This document shows, in pieces, positions 18,098 through 27,270 of a stretch of DNA of 64,000 bases; position 1 is the stretch's first letter; each line of letters opens with the position of its first letter. The notes beneath the pieces were generated by a model that saw nothing but the letters and a program-made list of their open reading frames with translations, had not been told where the DNA came from and did no database searches. Source of the DNA: Chthoniobacterales bacterium (GTDB lineage Bacteria > Verrucomicrobiota > Verrucomicrobiia > Chthoniobacterales > DASVRZ01). Where the stretch lies: NCBI GenBank assembly GCA_038228695.1, contig JBBRPA010000007.1, positions 8,263 through 72,262 on the forward strand, written 5' to 3'. The position numbers were made by a program, and so were the translations under genes.

Positions 18098-19051
18098 ATG
18101 AGCGCCGATTCACCTGACCAACTTTCCCAACTGAAAAAATTCACCACCGTCGTAGCCGACACCGGCGACTTCGAATCCATGCGCGAATTCGCCCCGCAGG
18201 ACGCCACGACCAACCCCAGTCTCATCCTCCAGGCCGCCAGCAAACCGGAATACGAACACATTCTGAAGAAGGTCATCACCGACCTCGGCAGCGGTGCCTC
18301 GACCGAATCCATTATCGACCACGTGCTCATTGCCTTCGGTCTGGAAATCCTCAAAATCGTTCCGGGCCGCGTCAGCACTGAGACCGATGCCCGCTTATCT
18401 TTCGACACTGAGGGCAGCGTAAAAAAAGGCCGCGAACTGATCGCTCTCTACGAAAAAAACGGCATTAGCCGCGACCGCATTCTGATCAAAATCGCCTCCA
18501 CCTGGGAAGGCATCAAAGCCGCCGAGATTCTCCAAAAAGAAGGCATCCATTGCAACCTCACCCTGCTCTTTTCCCTCGCCCAAGCCGTCGCTTGCGCCAA
18601 CGCCAAAGTGCAGCTCATCTCGCCCTTCGTCGGTCGCATTTACGATTGGTATAAAGCGACGAACAAACGCGACTACGCCGGAGCCGAGGACCCAGGTGTA
18701 ATTTCCGTGACCGCTATTTACAACTACTACAAAAAGTTTGGTCACAAGACCGAGGTCATGGGCGCGAGCTTTCGCAACGTTGGCCAAATCATCGAACTCG
18801 CTGGCAGCGACCTGCTCACGATCAGCCCGAATTTGCTCGCCGAACTGAAGGCCAGCACCGCGCCGATCACCGAGAAACTGAACGAGGCAGACGCCAAAAA
18901 CAGTGACGCGACCGAGCTCCCAATGGACGAAAAAACCTTCCGCCTACTCGTCAACGACGACGCCATGGCCACGGAAAAAACCGCCCAAGGCATCCGCGCT
19001 TTCTGCGCCGACATCGTCAAGCTCGAGAAGCTGATCGATTCGAAACGGTAA
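18098..19051 (+). CDS. tal: transaldolase (TalB type)
   Basis: 317 aa. The N-terminal [33 protein letters not shown] segment and the later [11 protein letters not shown] and SPFVGRI motifs are classic transaldolase signatures. Confidence 0.95.
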   Translation: MSADSPDQLSQLKKFTTVVADTGDFESMREFAPQDATTNPSLILQAASKPEYEHILKKVITDLGSGASTESIIDHVLIAFGLEILKIVPGRVSTETDARLSFDTEGSVKKGRELIALYEKNGISRDRILIKIASTWEGIKAAEILQKEGIHCNLTLLFSLAQAVACANAKVQLISPFVGRIYDWYKATNKRDYAGAEDPGVISVTAIYNYYKKFGHKTEVMGASFRNVGQIIELAGSDLLTISPNLLAELKASTAPITEKLNEADAKNSDATELPMDEKTFRLLVNDDAMATEKTAQGIRAFCADIVKLEKLIDSKR

Positions 19052-19069
19052 CGACCGCGCGGCCGCGTT

Positions 19070-19762
19070 TTACTCGACGCGAAACGCGAGCAGAATGTCG
19101 TGGGCAGCGTCCGATCGTTGCAGCGAAATCGCCGCGCCGAGCAGCCGAATCAATTCGAGCGCGATTGCGAAATCTCGCGTTTCCACCACCTCGACCTCTG
19201 CACCCGGCGCACCCTGGAAGTGGACCATCAACGCCCGCGTTGCCGTTCCTCCGAAATGACCCCGCAGCGTGTGGAGATACTGCCGCGGCGGGAGGGAACC
19301 GAGCCGGATATGCACCTCACCGGTAGCTGGAAGCCGGGTCAAAATCTGGTCGAGCATAAACGGCAACCAACGCGGGTTGATGAGCGCGTCGCCGCCCTCG
19401 ACGGGATCGGCCACAACCGTCCAACCGGAGTGATTTTCGATCTCGTCCGCCATGGTTTGAATGGAGGAGGCGAGTCCGCATATCTCGGGCTCAACCGGCA
19501 TGGTCTTGCGAACATCGTTCAGCTCGCAGCACGTGTCGGAAACGCGGCGCACGGCCCGGAAAAGATCAGCCAAAAATCCACTCAACTGAGGCGTCAACTC
19601 CGACTCCGTGGGGATGAGCAATTCGGAATTCGCGAGGACGGAAACTTGGTTGTTGAGGTCGTGTAATTGGCTGGTGAAATACGCTCCGAGCAGCTCCAAC
19701 GCAGTCAGCCCGGGACGGTCGGATTCGGTCAATTCGACAAAGTTGGAGAGTGAGGTAGCCAT
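19070..19762 (-). CDS. histidine-kinase-like protein with H-box but no recognisable ATP-binding N/G boxes (pseudo-kinase or phosphotransfer protein)
   Basis: 230 aa. SQLHDLNNQVSVL resembles the HisKA H-box (HDLNN.L). The C-terminal half has no DxGxG or GxGxGL motifs and no N-box Asn. It is the last gene of a three-gene operon. Confidence 0.45.
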   Translation of the reverse strand: MATSLSNFVELTESDRPGLTALELLGAYFTSQLHDLNNQVSVLANSELLIPTESELTPQLSGFLADLFRAVRRVSDTCCELNDVRKTMPVEPEICGLASSIQTMADEIENHSGWTVVADPVEGGDALINPRWLPFMLDQILTRLPATGEVHIRLGSLPPRQYLHTLRGHFGGTATRALMVHFQGAPGAEVEVVETRDFAIALELIRLLGAAISLQRSDAAHDILLAFRVE

Positions 19763-19766
19763 GATT

Positions 19767-20120
19767 TTAAAATGCCGTGCGGGCGAGGCTGGTGCGGAAA
19801 ATTTTCTCGATCCGATCGCCGAGCAGATCGTTGCTGTTTTTGTCGGTGATGACCCCCAGCGTGGTGCCCTTGTCGCTGATCATGCAGAGGATTTTCACCT
19901 GCTCGAAATTCCAGACCATGCGGGGCGACCCGAGTTTATGGAGATGAGCGACTTGGATCGTGTCGGCGAGAGCGCGCCAAATGGTTTCGTCGATCGACTG
20001 GTCGTGCGGGCTCTTGGAATCGGCGAATATGACCATCCGATTATGCAGGCAAATACCGGCCCGGAGCACGCCGGGGAGCATCTCAATCCTGCGCTGGAGT
20101 TGGACGAAAAGGTCGTTCAT
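19767..20120 (-). CDS. Roadblock/LC7 (MglB-like) domain protein (tentative)
   Basis: 117 aa. The LPGVLRAGICLHNRMVIFA ... TTLGVITDKNSN pattern and the size fit the Roadblock/LC7 fold. Its start overlaps the upstream response-regulator stop as ATGA. Confidence 0.45.
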   Translation of the reverse strand: MNDLFVQLQRRIEMLPGVLRAGICLHNRMVIFADSKSPHDQSIDETIWRALADTIQVAHLHKLGSPRMVWNFEQVKILCMISDKGTTLGVITDKNSNDLLGDRIEKIFRTSLARTAF

Positions 20121-21394
20121 ATGAGTGCGCCGTTTCGTTTCGGGACGGTGTCAACAACGGTAGCGACGGCCTCCCGGATTCGGCTGACCGGGATGTGACG
20201 ACGACGAACAAGGCCGAAGGTGCCGATGCCATTGGGAAATTCTACCACCGCTGAATAATCTGTGCCGTGGACGGAAAGAAACTCGATCGCCCCCCACTCC
20301 GGACGTCCGCAAATCTGGCGCATCTTAATACTGAACAATTCCAGTAAATCGATGCGGCGCGAGGGATTTTCCGATCCTTCCTGCTTGATCAGGCCGCCTT
20401 GGGGCGAGCAAATCACGAGCTCGTCGAGGCGAATTTTGGGTGATTCGATCGGCCGAGCTTGGGGGGTGGATCGGACCATCGGAACATCCAACGCGATTCC
20501 CTGGGAGCGGCGCACGGCAGGCAGAACAGCGACCGACACGGCCGCGGGAAGGGAAACAGGGCGATCAATGAGCTCGGGTTCGCGCGGGGGAAAAGCATAG
20601 CTTGGGACCACGGGCAGACTGCCAATATCGATGCGCGGGGTTTTCGGAATAGGAATAGACGAGACATCCGCGGGCAGCAGTTCCTCTTCGTCAAGAACGC
20701 CGCTCTCGTCGAGCAACCGGGCGGATTCCATCAGAAGGAACTCCCACGAGTTGGTAATGGTGCATTTCGGCGGCTCCGAGAAGGGTCGGGTCTGAAACTC
20801 ACCGCCCCGGAGGGTCATGACTTGGTAAAACGCATCGTAACCCTCGGCATTGCCGATGGTGGCGTGGATGACCGAGCCCTCGCGAATGAAAATATCGGCA
20901 AAGCCTTCCCGCGATTTCACCTGCAAAACGAGCGAATTGCCCCCCGTACAGAGCATTTGGAGCATGTCGGCGAGGCTGGCCTGCTGGATGATGCCGCTGA
21001 ATCCTCGGGTTTGTGGGAACTCCAAAAGTTGCACCAAGGCCGCGTAAACGCTCCGCATTTCCTCCGAATTGCGCGGTTTTTCGAGAAACAAGGCCGCCCC
21101 GTGCGCGAGGCAGGCTGTCCGGTAATCCTCCTCGGCATACCCGGTGAGGATGGCTTTTTGCACGTTGGGATGCTTTCGGTTCAACAGGCGGAGGAACTGC
21201 AAGCCGTCCACCACGGGCATACGGATATCGATCACGACCACCGTTACCGGCGTTTCTTGGAGAATCATGATCGCGTCGCCCACACTATGAGCCGTCTCGA
21301 TCTTCAACGGCGTCCCGGCACTCCACGACTTGAAGACGCGCTGGATCGACTCGAGAAAGGCGAGGTCATCATCGACGAAAAGTAGGGTGCTCAT
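20117..21394 (-). CDS. response regulator: REC domain + DUF4388 domain + Pro-rich linker + uncharacterised C-terminal domain
   Basis: 425 aa. The REC signature residues are intact (FVDDD, VVVIDIRMP, ILTGY, FLEKP). The segment FSGIIQQASLADMLQMLCTGGNSLVLQV...GSVIHATIGNAEGYDAFYQVMTLRGGEF matches DUF4388 as I know it. Confidence 0.75.
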   Translation of the reverse strand: MSTLLFVDDDLAFLESIQRVFKSWSAGTPLKIETAHSVGDAIMILQETPVTVVVIDIRMPVVDGLQFLRLLNRKHPNVQKAILTGYAEEDYRTACLAHGAALFLEKPRNSEEMRSVYAALVQLLEFPQTRGFSGIIQQASLADMLQMLCTGGNSLVLQVKSREGFADIFIREGSVIHATIGNAEGYDAFYQVMTLRGGEFQTRPFSEPPKCTITNSWEFLLMESARLLDESGVLDEEELLPADVSSIPIPKTPRIDIGSLPVVPSYAFPPREPELIDRPVSLPAAVSVAVLPAVRRSQGIALDVPMVRSTPQARPIESPKIRLDELVICSPQGGLIKQEGSENPSRRIDLLELFSIKMRQICGRPEWGAIEFLSVHGTDYSAVVEFPNGIGTFGLVRRRHIPVSRIREAVATVVDTVPKRNGALI

Positions 21395-21602
21395 TGGGGC
21401 CGGAATAGGCTTCGCCGCCCCGGCTGCCCTTCCATTTGCGGGAAAGACAACCGTTGCAGCACCTCTCTAAGAGCAACTCGCAAGCCAGCCGAAGCAATCG
21501 AGCGCTTTTTTCCTCTGAAATCGGGGCGCTTTTTGGAAGAATTCAGCGCGGTGTTTAGCGGGGAGCTTGGCTTTTTTGTCCATTCAGCCCATAAGTAACC
21601 CT

Positions 21603-21953
21603 ATGGGACATTGGCTGAACTCGCTTAAGGATACCGCCCTCGCAGCCGGCGTTCGGAAATTTCTGGGCAGCCGGTTGGAGGGTTACGGGCGCATCACGCA
21701 ACTCAAAATTGATACTCAAATTCGCCAAATTGAGCTCGGATTGCTTCTCGAAGGCGAGTCCGCGCCAGTCGAAGTCGTGCTCCGCAACTACGCGATCGCC
21801 GACCAAGCGGGCGTGGTTTCCATTTCCGCACCAACGGGGGCTTTTACCACCTCGCGCGCCTGGCTGACCACTCTACTCAACGCGCAAGTCGCGGGGCGGC
21901 AGTTTGTTATTCCCGAGCCTTACGCGAAATACGCCTGGAGCCTCGTCGGGTAG
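21603..21953 (+). CDS. hypothetical protein
   Basis: I chose the ATG at 21603 (MGHWLNSLKD); the ORF track starts at a TTG at 21567. No motifs were recognised. It is divergent from the response-regulator operon. Confidence 0.4.
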   Translation: MGHWLNSLKDTALAAGVRKFLGSRLEGYGRITQLKIDTQIRQIELGLLLEGESAPVEVVLRNYAIADQAGVVSISAPTGAFTTSRAWLTTLLNAQVAGRQFVIPEPYAKYAWSLVG

Positions 21954-21977
21954 GGCTTCCTGTGGTAAGATCGTCAG

Positions 21978-22469
21978 ATGGACGAAATTATAACGGGTCT
22001 GCAGCAGGCCGAGTATGTGCATGTCATTTTGAACCACCTGCCGATCATCGGGTTGATGACGGGGTTACTGGTGTTGGTCGTGGCGTTTTTCCAAAAAAGT
22101 CAGGCGACAAGATTTGCAGGTTACATCGTGGTGCTGCTCATGGCTCTGAGCATTATTCCGGTGATCGAATACGGCGAAAAAGCGGAAGACCAAGTCGAGA
22201 GCCTGATGGACGATGCGGGCCGCCATTGGCTGCATGAACACGGCTCGCGGGCCGATCGGGTCGAGTGGCTCTATTGGGTCACCGCCGGGGCGGCTGCCGG
22301 AGGATTATTCGTGCCGCGGCGTTGGCCAAAAACCGCCCCGCTCTGGCTGGTCGGGACGTTTCTGGCCGGGAGTCTTGCCTTGGCCGGAGGGGTCTGGACC
22401 GCGTCGGCCGGGGGAAAAATCATGCACCATGAATTTCGTTACGCCGCCCCCGAGAAGTCATCGGATTAG
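21978..22469 (+). CDS. hypothetical membrane protein (about 4 TM)
   Basis: 163 aa with hydrophobic helices separated by a charged loop (EYGEKAEDQVESLMDDAGRHWLHEHGSRADR). No family was assigned. Confidence 0.5.
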   Translation: MDEIITGLQQAEYVHVILNHLPIIGLMTGLLVLVVAFFQKSQATRFAGYIVVLLMALSIIPVIEYGEKAEDQVESLMDDAGRHWLHEHGSRADRVEWLYWVTAGAAAGGLFVPRRWPKTAPLWLVGTFLAGSLALAGGVWTASAGGKIMHHEFRYAAPEKSSD

Positions 22470-22573
22470 TTGCGTTTTAACCGGTGCAAATCCAGCTTGG
22501 AAAGCCGCCGAAAATCCCATTGACGCTGTGCCTGACTGTGGCGAATGATGCCTGAAATGAACCGTGTCCTCCT

Positions 22574-25500
22574 ATGCAAGTAATCGTTGCGGGAATGCAC
22601 CGTTCTGGGACCTCGATGGTCGCCCGGTTGCTGAATCTGATGGGTCTCTATTTCGGCACCGAGGACTCCGGTCCTTTGCCTGAAAGCGATCTTCCCAAGG
22701 GCTCCTGGGAACGGAATGACGTCGTAAAGGTCAACGACCTCCTCCTCGCCACTCAAGGGGCTACATGGCGGAACGTCGTCTCCTTCCAACCCCGTCATAT
22801 TCCAGAGGCGCTCCAACGCGATTTTCAGCGTCGGATCTCGGAGATTGTCCTGCGCATGGAGACGCAGCGTCCTTGGTTCATCAAGGATCCCCGGCTTTCG
22901 CTCACGCTCCCACTCTGGCAGCCCGTTTTGGAGATGCCGGTTTATGTCATTCCCTGTCGCGACCCGCTGGAAATCGCCCTGTCTCTCGAGCGCCGGGACC
23001 GGATTCCGCTCGCTGCCGGGCTGGCTCTCTGGCATCGCTACTCCGCTGATTTGCTGAACGCCACCCGTGGGGGCAAACGGATTTTCGTCAGTCACGCCAA
23101 ACTCATTTCCGACCCGGTCGCAGCGACGGCACAATTGGCCGACGACCTCGAAAAATACGGTGTCCATCTGCCCCGTCGTCCGCTCGATCAGGAGATCGTT
23201 TCCTTCATCGATCCCAAGCTCTATCGGGCCAAGCAATCCAGTAACGGAATGGAGTCGCCGACGCGTCTGTCCCCAGCGCAACAGGCCGTCTGGGAAATGC
23301 TTCAACCCGATTTCGCGGGCGATCGCGATGTAGTAATCGACCCGGAGGAAATAAACCAGACGCTCCGTGAATTCCTTCCTTTCGAACTCGCCCACAGCCA
23401 GATCGAGAAGCTGCAAACTCTGGAATCGGAGAATCAACATCTGCAAAATGCGCTCCTCGCCGAGCAAGAGAAAACTTCTCAGATTCTCGCTGCGCTCCAT
23501 CGCAACGGTGACGTCAAGGCTTCCACTGCCGGGGTGGAAAACGGCAGCGGCAAAACTGCGGCGATGGACGATCCCAACAAAGACGTCATCGACTCAGCGG
23601 ACAGTCGGCTTTTACTCCTCGCCACCATGGTTCGGCGACTTGAGAACGACCTCACTGAGCGGTTCAACAAGATCCAAGTCCGCGCCGCCGAAGCCAGTGA
23701 CACGTTGAACATGCTCGCTCCAATTTTGCGCCCAACCTCCCGCAAAAAAACTGAAAAATACGACGAGATATTTCAGATCCAGCAAATGAAGGATCGGTTG
23801 ATTAAAAAAGAAAAGACCATCATCCGCTTGATGGACTGGCTCGACGCGATGCTCGGCACGATTCCGCTGAGTTCTTCCGCGCGGAAGGCCCGGCGCTATT
23901 ACAAACACTGGCGAAGCCGTTACGAGACGAGCACGCTCAAGCCGCTTCCCGTTTCGCTCTCGCGCCTGAAAGACGACGCGGAAATTCGTGTTCGCAAAGC
24001 CGGCGAAAATCGCACCAGCGCGATCGAGGCCGAAAACACGCTCCGGAAGCTGCTTATCGAGATCGAGCACGACGAGTTTTTTCAAAGCGGAGAATTTTCC
24101 AGAATCTACGGCGTGGCTGGCTTCGATCCCTCCGTCTTGGGCAAACAAGACGATGAGCAAAAAATTGGCCTACGCGATTTCAGCCGCGGCGTCGATCCCG
24201 TCGTTAGCGTCATCATTCCCGTTCACAACCAGATCGCCTACACCTCCAGTTGCCTCCGCTCGCTCTCGGTCGTGAAGGAAAAAACGCCTTTCGAAGTCAT
24301 TGTCGTGGACGATGCCTCCAACGACACCAACTACCAACGACTCGCCGCCATTGAGGGCATTCAAATCATCCGCAACGAGAAAAACCTCGGCTTTCTCGAA
24401 AGTTGCAACAAAGGCGCTCGGGCCGCCCGCGGCCGCTACACGCTGTTTCTAAACAACGACGTGAAGGTTCTGCCGGGCTGGCTGGATTCCCTCGTTCAGA
24501 CGTTCCAGACCCACCCCGATGCCGGACTCGTTGGCTCCAAATTGCTCTATCCCGATGGCAGCTTGCAGGAGGCCGGAGGGATTGTCTGGCGCGACGGCTC
24601 GGGCAGGAATTACGGGCGAAACGACGATCCCGCAAAACCCGAGTATCGGTTTCTCCGCGAGACCGATTACTGTTCCGGCGCGTGCATTATTTTGCCCACC
24701 GAACTTCTGCGCGAAGTGGATTATTTCGACACCCGATTCGTCCCGGCTTATTACGAGGACACCGACCTCGCCTTCAAAGTTCGCGCTGCCGGCAAAAAAA
24801 TTTACTACCAGCCCGCCTCCGAGATTATCCATTTCGAGGGCAAATCCAATGGCACGGACGAATCCTCGGGCGTCAAGCAATTCCAAGTCGTTAACGCGGC
24901 GAAATTCGCTGAAAAATGGAAGGACGTTCTGGATCGAGACCACTTCGATCCCGGCACCAACCCGTTCACCGCGCCGGATCGCGGACGAGGTCCGATCATA
25001 CTCGTGCTGGATCATTATGTGCCCACGCCGGATCACGATGCGGGCTCCCGCAGCACATCTCATTACATTAGGATGTTTCAGGAAATGGGCTTCCGGGTGA
25101 AGTTCATTCCGGCTGATTTTCAGGCACCAGAACCGCACACTAGCCGTCTCGAGCGCTCGGGCGTCGAGGTTCTCCGAGGCAGTTGGTACGAAGAGCATCT
25201 CCGCTCTTGGCTAGTCGAACATCAGGAACATTTCCCATTCATTTTTTCCAATCGCAGCCATATCACCGGGCGCTATCTCGACACCTTCCGGCAGATGCCG
25301 AACACAAAAATCCTCTACTACGGACACGACCTCGGCTCTGTCCGCAACCAGCGGCGTTTTGAACTTAGCCATGACCCGGCGCACCGCGAGAAAGCGGAGA
25401 CCGAAACCCAACTAGAGACGGCTATCTGGGCCCAGGCACACGCCATCTACTACCCGTCGGATACGGAGACCGCGCACGTCCGCACCCGGTTTCCTCAAGC

Positions 25501-26107
25501 CAACGCCCGCACTCTGCCCCTCTATATTCTTGAGCCAAACACTTGGAACTACGCGGATAACCTCGCTTACCGACGCGACCTCATTTTCGTTGGTGGCTTC
25601 GCGCATCCGCCCAATGAAGACGCCGTCCTCTGGTTTCTCGATCATTGCTGGCCAAAGATCGCCAAGACCGTGCCCGCTGCTCGCTTTGTCATCGTCGGGA
25701 GCTTTCCCACCGAGCAAATCCAAGATCGCGCCTCCGAACGGGTGATCGTCACCGGCTGGATTAGCGACGAAAAACTCGCCACCCGCTACCGCGAGTCCCG
25801 GCTCGCCGTCATTCCTCTGCGCTACGGCGCTGGCGTCAAGGGCAAGGTCATCGAGGCTTTGCATCACCATGTGCCTATCGTCATGACGAGCATCGCTGCC
25901 GAGGGACTGCCGGGAGTCGAACAAATCTCCCTCGTGCGCGATGATCCGGAGGCTTTCGCTCAAGGTATCATTGACCTCTATAATAACCCAGCGCTCCTAT
26001 CCAAAATGGGCAATGCCGGCGGCCAATACGTCGCAAAGCATTTTTCAAAAGAGGCGGCAATGAAAGTTCTCCAAGCTGATCTCTCCCAGCACCCAGCAGT
26101 TTCCTAG
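22574..26107 (+). CDS. multidomain glycan-assembly protein: N-terminal sulfotransferase, coiled-coil-rich linker, GT2 glycosyltransferase, GT1/GT4-type glycosyltransferase
   Basis: 1177 aa. Sulfotransferase PAPS motifs: GMHRSGTSMV (5'-PSB) and CRDPLEIALS (3'-PB). Heptad-like stretches span about aa 255-520 (QIEKLQTLESENQHLQNALLAEQEK; VRRLENDLTERFNKIQV; QQMKDRLIKKEKTIIRLMDWL). The GT2 signature is VSVIIPVHNQ...VIVVDDASND...LNNDV. The C-terminal GT1-like segment is GWISDEKLATRYRESRLAVIPLRYGAGVKGKVIEALHHHVPIVMT. Confidence 0.8.
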   Translation: MQVIVAGMHRSGTSMVARLLNLMGLYFGTEDSGPLPESDLPKGSWERNDVVKVNDLLLATQGATWRNVVSFQPRHIPEALQRDFQRRISEIVLRMETQRPWFIKDPRLSLTLPLWQPVLEMPVYVIPCRDPLEIALSLERRDRIPLAAGLALWHRYSADLLNATRGGKRIFVSHAKLISDPVAATAQLADDLEKYGVHLPRRPLDQEIVSFIDPKLYRAKQSSNGMESPTRLSPAQQAVWEMLQPDFAGDRDVVIDPEEINQTLREFLPFELAHSQIEKLQTLESENQHLQNALLAEQEKTSQILAALHRNGDVKASTAGVENGSGKTAAMDDPNKDVIDSADSRLLLLATMVRRLENDLTERFNKIQVRAAEASDTLNMLAPILRPTSRKKTEKYDEIFQIQQMKDRLIKKEKTIIRLMDWLDAMLGTIPLSSSARKARRYYKHWRSRYETSTLKPLPVSLSRLKDDAEIRVRKAGENRTSAIEAENTLRKLLIEIEHDEFFQSGEFSRIYGVAGFDPSVLGKQDDEQKIGLRDFSRGVDPVVSVIIPVHNQIAYTSSCLRSLSVVKEKTPFEVIVVDDASNDTNYQRLAAIEGIQIIRNEKNLGFLESCNKGARAARGRYTLFLNNDVKVLPGWLDSLVQTFQTHPDAGLVGSKLLYPDGSLQEAGGIVWRDGSGRNYGRNDDPAKPEYRFLRETDYCSGACIILPTELLREVDYFDTRFVPAYYEDTDLAFKVRAAGKKIYYQPASEIIHFEGKSNGTDESSGVKQFQVVNAAKFAEKWKDVLDRDHFDPGTNPFTAPDRGRGPIILVLDHYVPTPDHDAGSRSTSHYIRMFQEMGFRVKFIPADFQAPEPHTSRLERSGVEVLRGSWYEEHLRSWLVEHQEHFPFIFSNRSHITGRYLDTFRQMPNTKILYYGHDLGSVRNQRRFELSHDPAHREKAETETQLETAIWAQAHAIYYPSDTETAHVRTRFPQANARTLPLYILEPNTWNYADNLAYRRDLIFVGGFAHPPNEDAVLWFLDHCWPKIAKTVPAARFVIVGSFPTEQIQDRASERVIVTGWISDEKLATRYRESRLAVIPLRYGAGVKGKVIEALHHHVPIVMTSIAAEGLPGVEQISLVRDDPEAFAQGIIDLYNNPALLSKMGNAGGQYVAKHFSKEAAMKVLQADLSQHPAVS

Positions 26108-26111
26108 GCAG

Positions 26112-27230
26112 ATGTTCCGACGAATTTTCTATTGGAACTTTTGGAGGCTGGATTGGTTGAGCGATCATCTTTCGAACCGCCGGAACAATTTCACCCTCAT
26201 CCGCTTCCTGCTCGCAGTGATGGTTCTCTACGGTCACAGCTTCGCCCTCGCGGCAAAATCAAAACCGGGATTACTTACCGAAAATATTTACGGAACCAAC
26301 GAATACATCGGAGGCTTCGCAGTGAGCTGTTTTTTCTTCATCAGCGGATTGTTCATTACCCAGAGCTTTCTGCGAAAAGGAGATTTCCACGATTACCTCT
26401 GGGCCCGAGTCCAACGAATTTATCCAGCGGCGTGGGTGTGCGCACTTTTCTGTGTTCTTGTCATCGGGCCATGTTTTACCAATCTCCGGTTGGTAGATTA
26501 CCTCACTCACGAGGGGACTTTCAAATACCTTGCTGGGCAAACCTTTCTCTGGAAAGTCGAATGGCGCCTTCCCGGTGTTTTTGATACGCATCGGAACAAA
26601 GCCGTCAATGGCTCACTCTGGACCCTAGCCGTGGAATTACGATGTTATCTTATGGTTGGATTGATCGGTGTGCTTGGCGGGCTACGGAAGCGTTCCGTTG
26701 CAAATCTCACCTTGCTCGCCCTGTTAGTCCTCGGACTGTTTTCGCCGAAATCGTTTCCCTTCCTTTTGGACATCCCCAACGCCCGCCAACCGGTAGCCTA
26801 CTTTCTGGCCGGTAGCCTGTGTTTGCTCAACGCGCGACACATCCCACTCCATCCACTAGGCTTACTCTTTCTGTTAACCGGTTGCTTTGCCGTTTACGGC
26901 CATGCCCCCTACGACATTCTCTTCCCAATCACCACTTGCTACGCTCTATTATTTGTCGCCTATCGCTTGCCCTTTTCCCGGTTGAATGACATCGGTGATC
27001 TCTCTTACGGGATGTATATTTACGCCTTTCCTTGCCAGCAAATGTGGCACGCGCTGTTCCCTAGTTGGCAAGGATACCGAAACGCCGCAGCCTCGTTTCC
27101 CACCGCGCTAATACTCGCAGCGCTCTCTTGGTTTTTTATCGAGAAAAAAGCCATGGCGTGGAAAAGAACTAAACCAACAAAACCTGACTCAAAATCAGTC
27201 GCTCCGCCCCAACCAGCGCCTAGTCCATAA
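26112..27230 (+). CDS. acyltransferase family 3 (membrane O-acyltransferase)
   Basis: 372 aa with about 10 TM helices. The N-terminal motif is NNFTLIRFLLAVMVLYGHSF. It starts 4 nt after the upstream gene. Confidence 0.8.
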   Translation: MFRRIFYWNFWRLDWLSDHLSNRRNNFTLIRFLLAVMVLYGHSFALAAKSKPGLLTENIYGTNEYIGGFAVSCFFFISGLFITQSFLRKGDFHDYLWARVQRIYPAAWVCALFCVLVIGPCFTNLRLVDYLTHEGTFKYLAGQTFLWKVEWRLPGVFDTHRNKAVNGSLWTLAVELRCYLMVGLIGVLGGLRKRSVANLTLLALLVLGLFSPKSFPFLLDIPNARQPVAYFLAGSLCLLNARHIPLHPLGLLFLLTGCFAVYGHAPYDILFPITTCYALLFVAYRLPFSRLNDIGDLSYGMYIYAFPCQQMWHALFPSWQGYRNAAASFPTALILAALSWFFIEKKAMAWKRTKPTKPDSKSVAPPQPAPSP

Positions 27231-27270
27231 AAATCCCACCTTTAGTCAACGGAGGTTTGCGGCAACCGCC

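Noticed and set aside
22466-23500. 344-aa ORF on the minus strand
   Set aside because: It lies almost entirely antisense to the well-supported 1177-aa multidomain gene and has no recognisable motifs. It is a typical high-GC shadow ORF.
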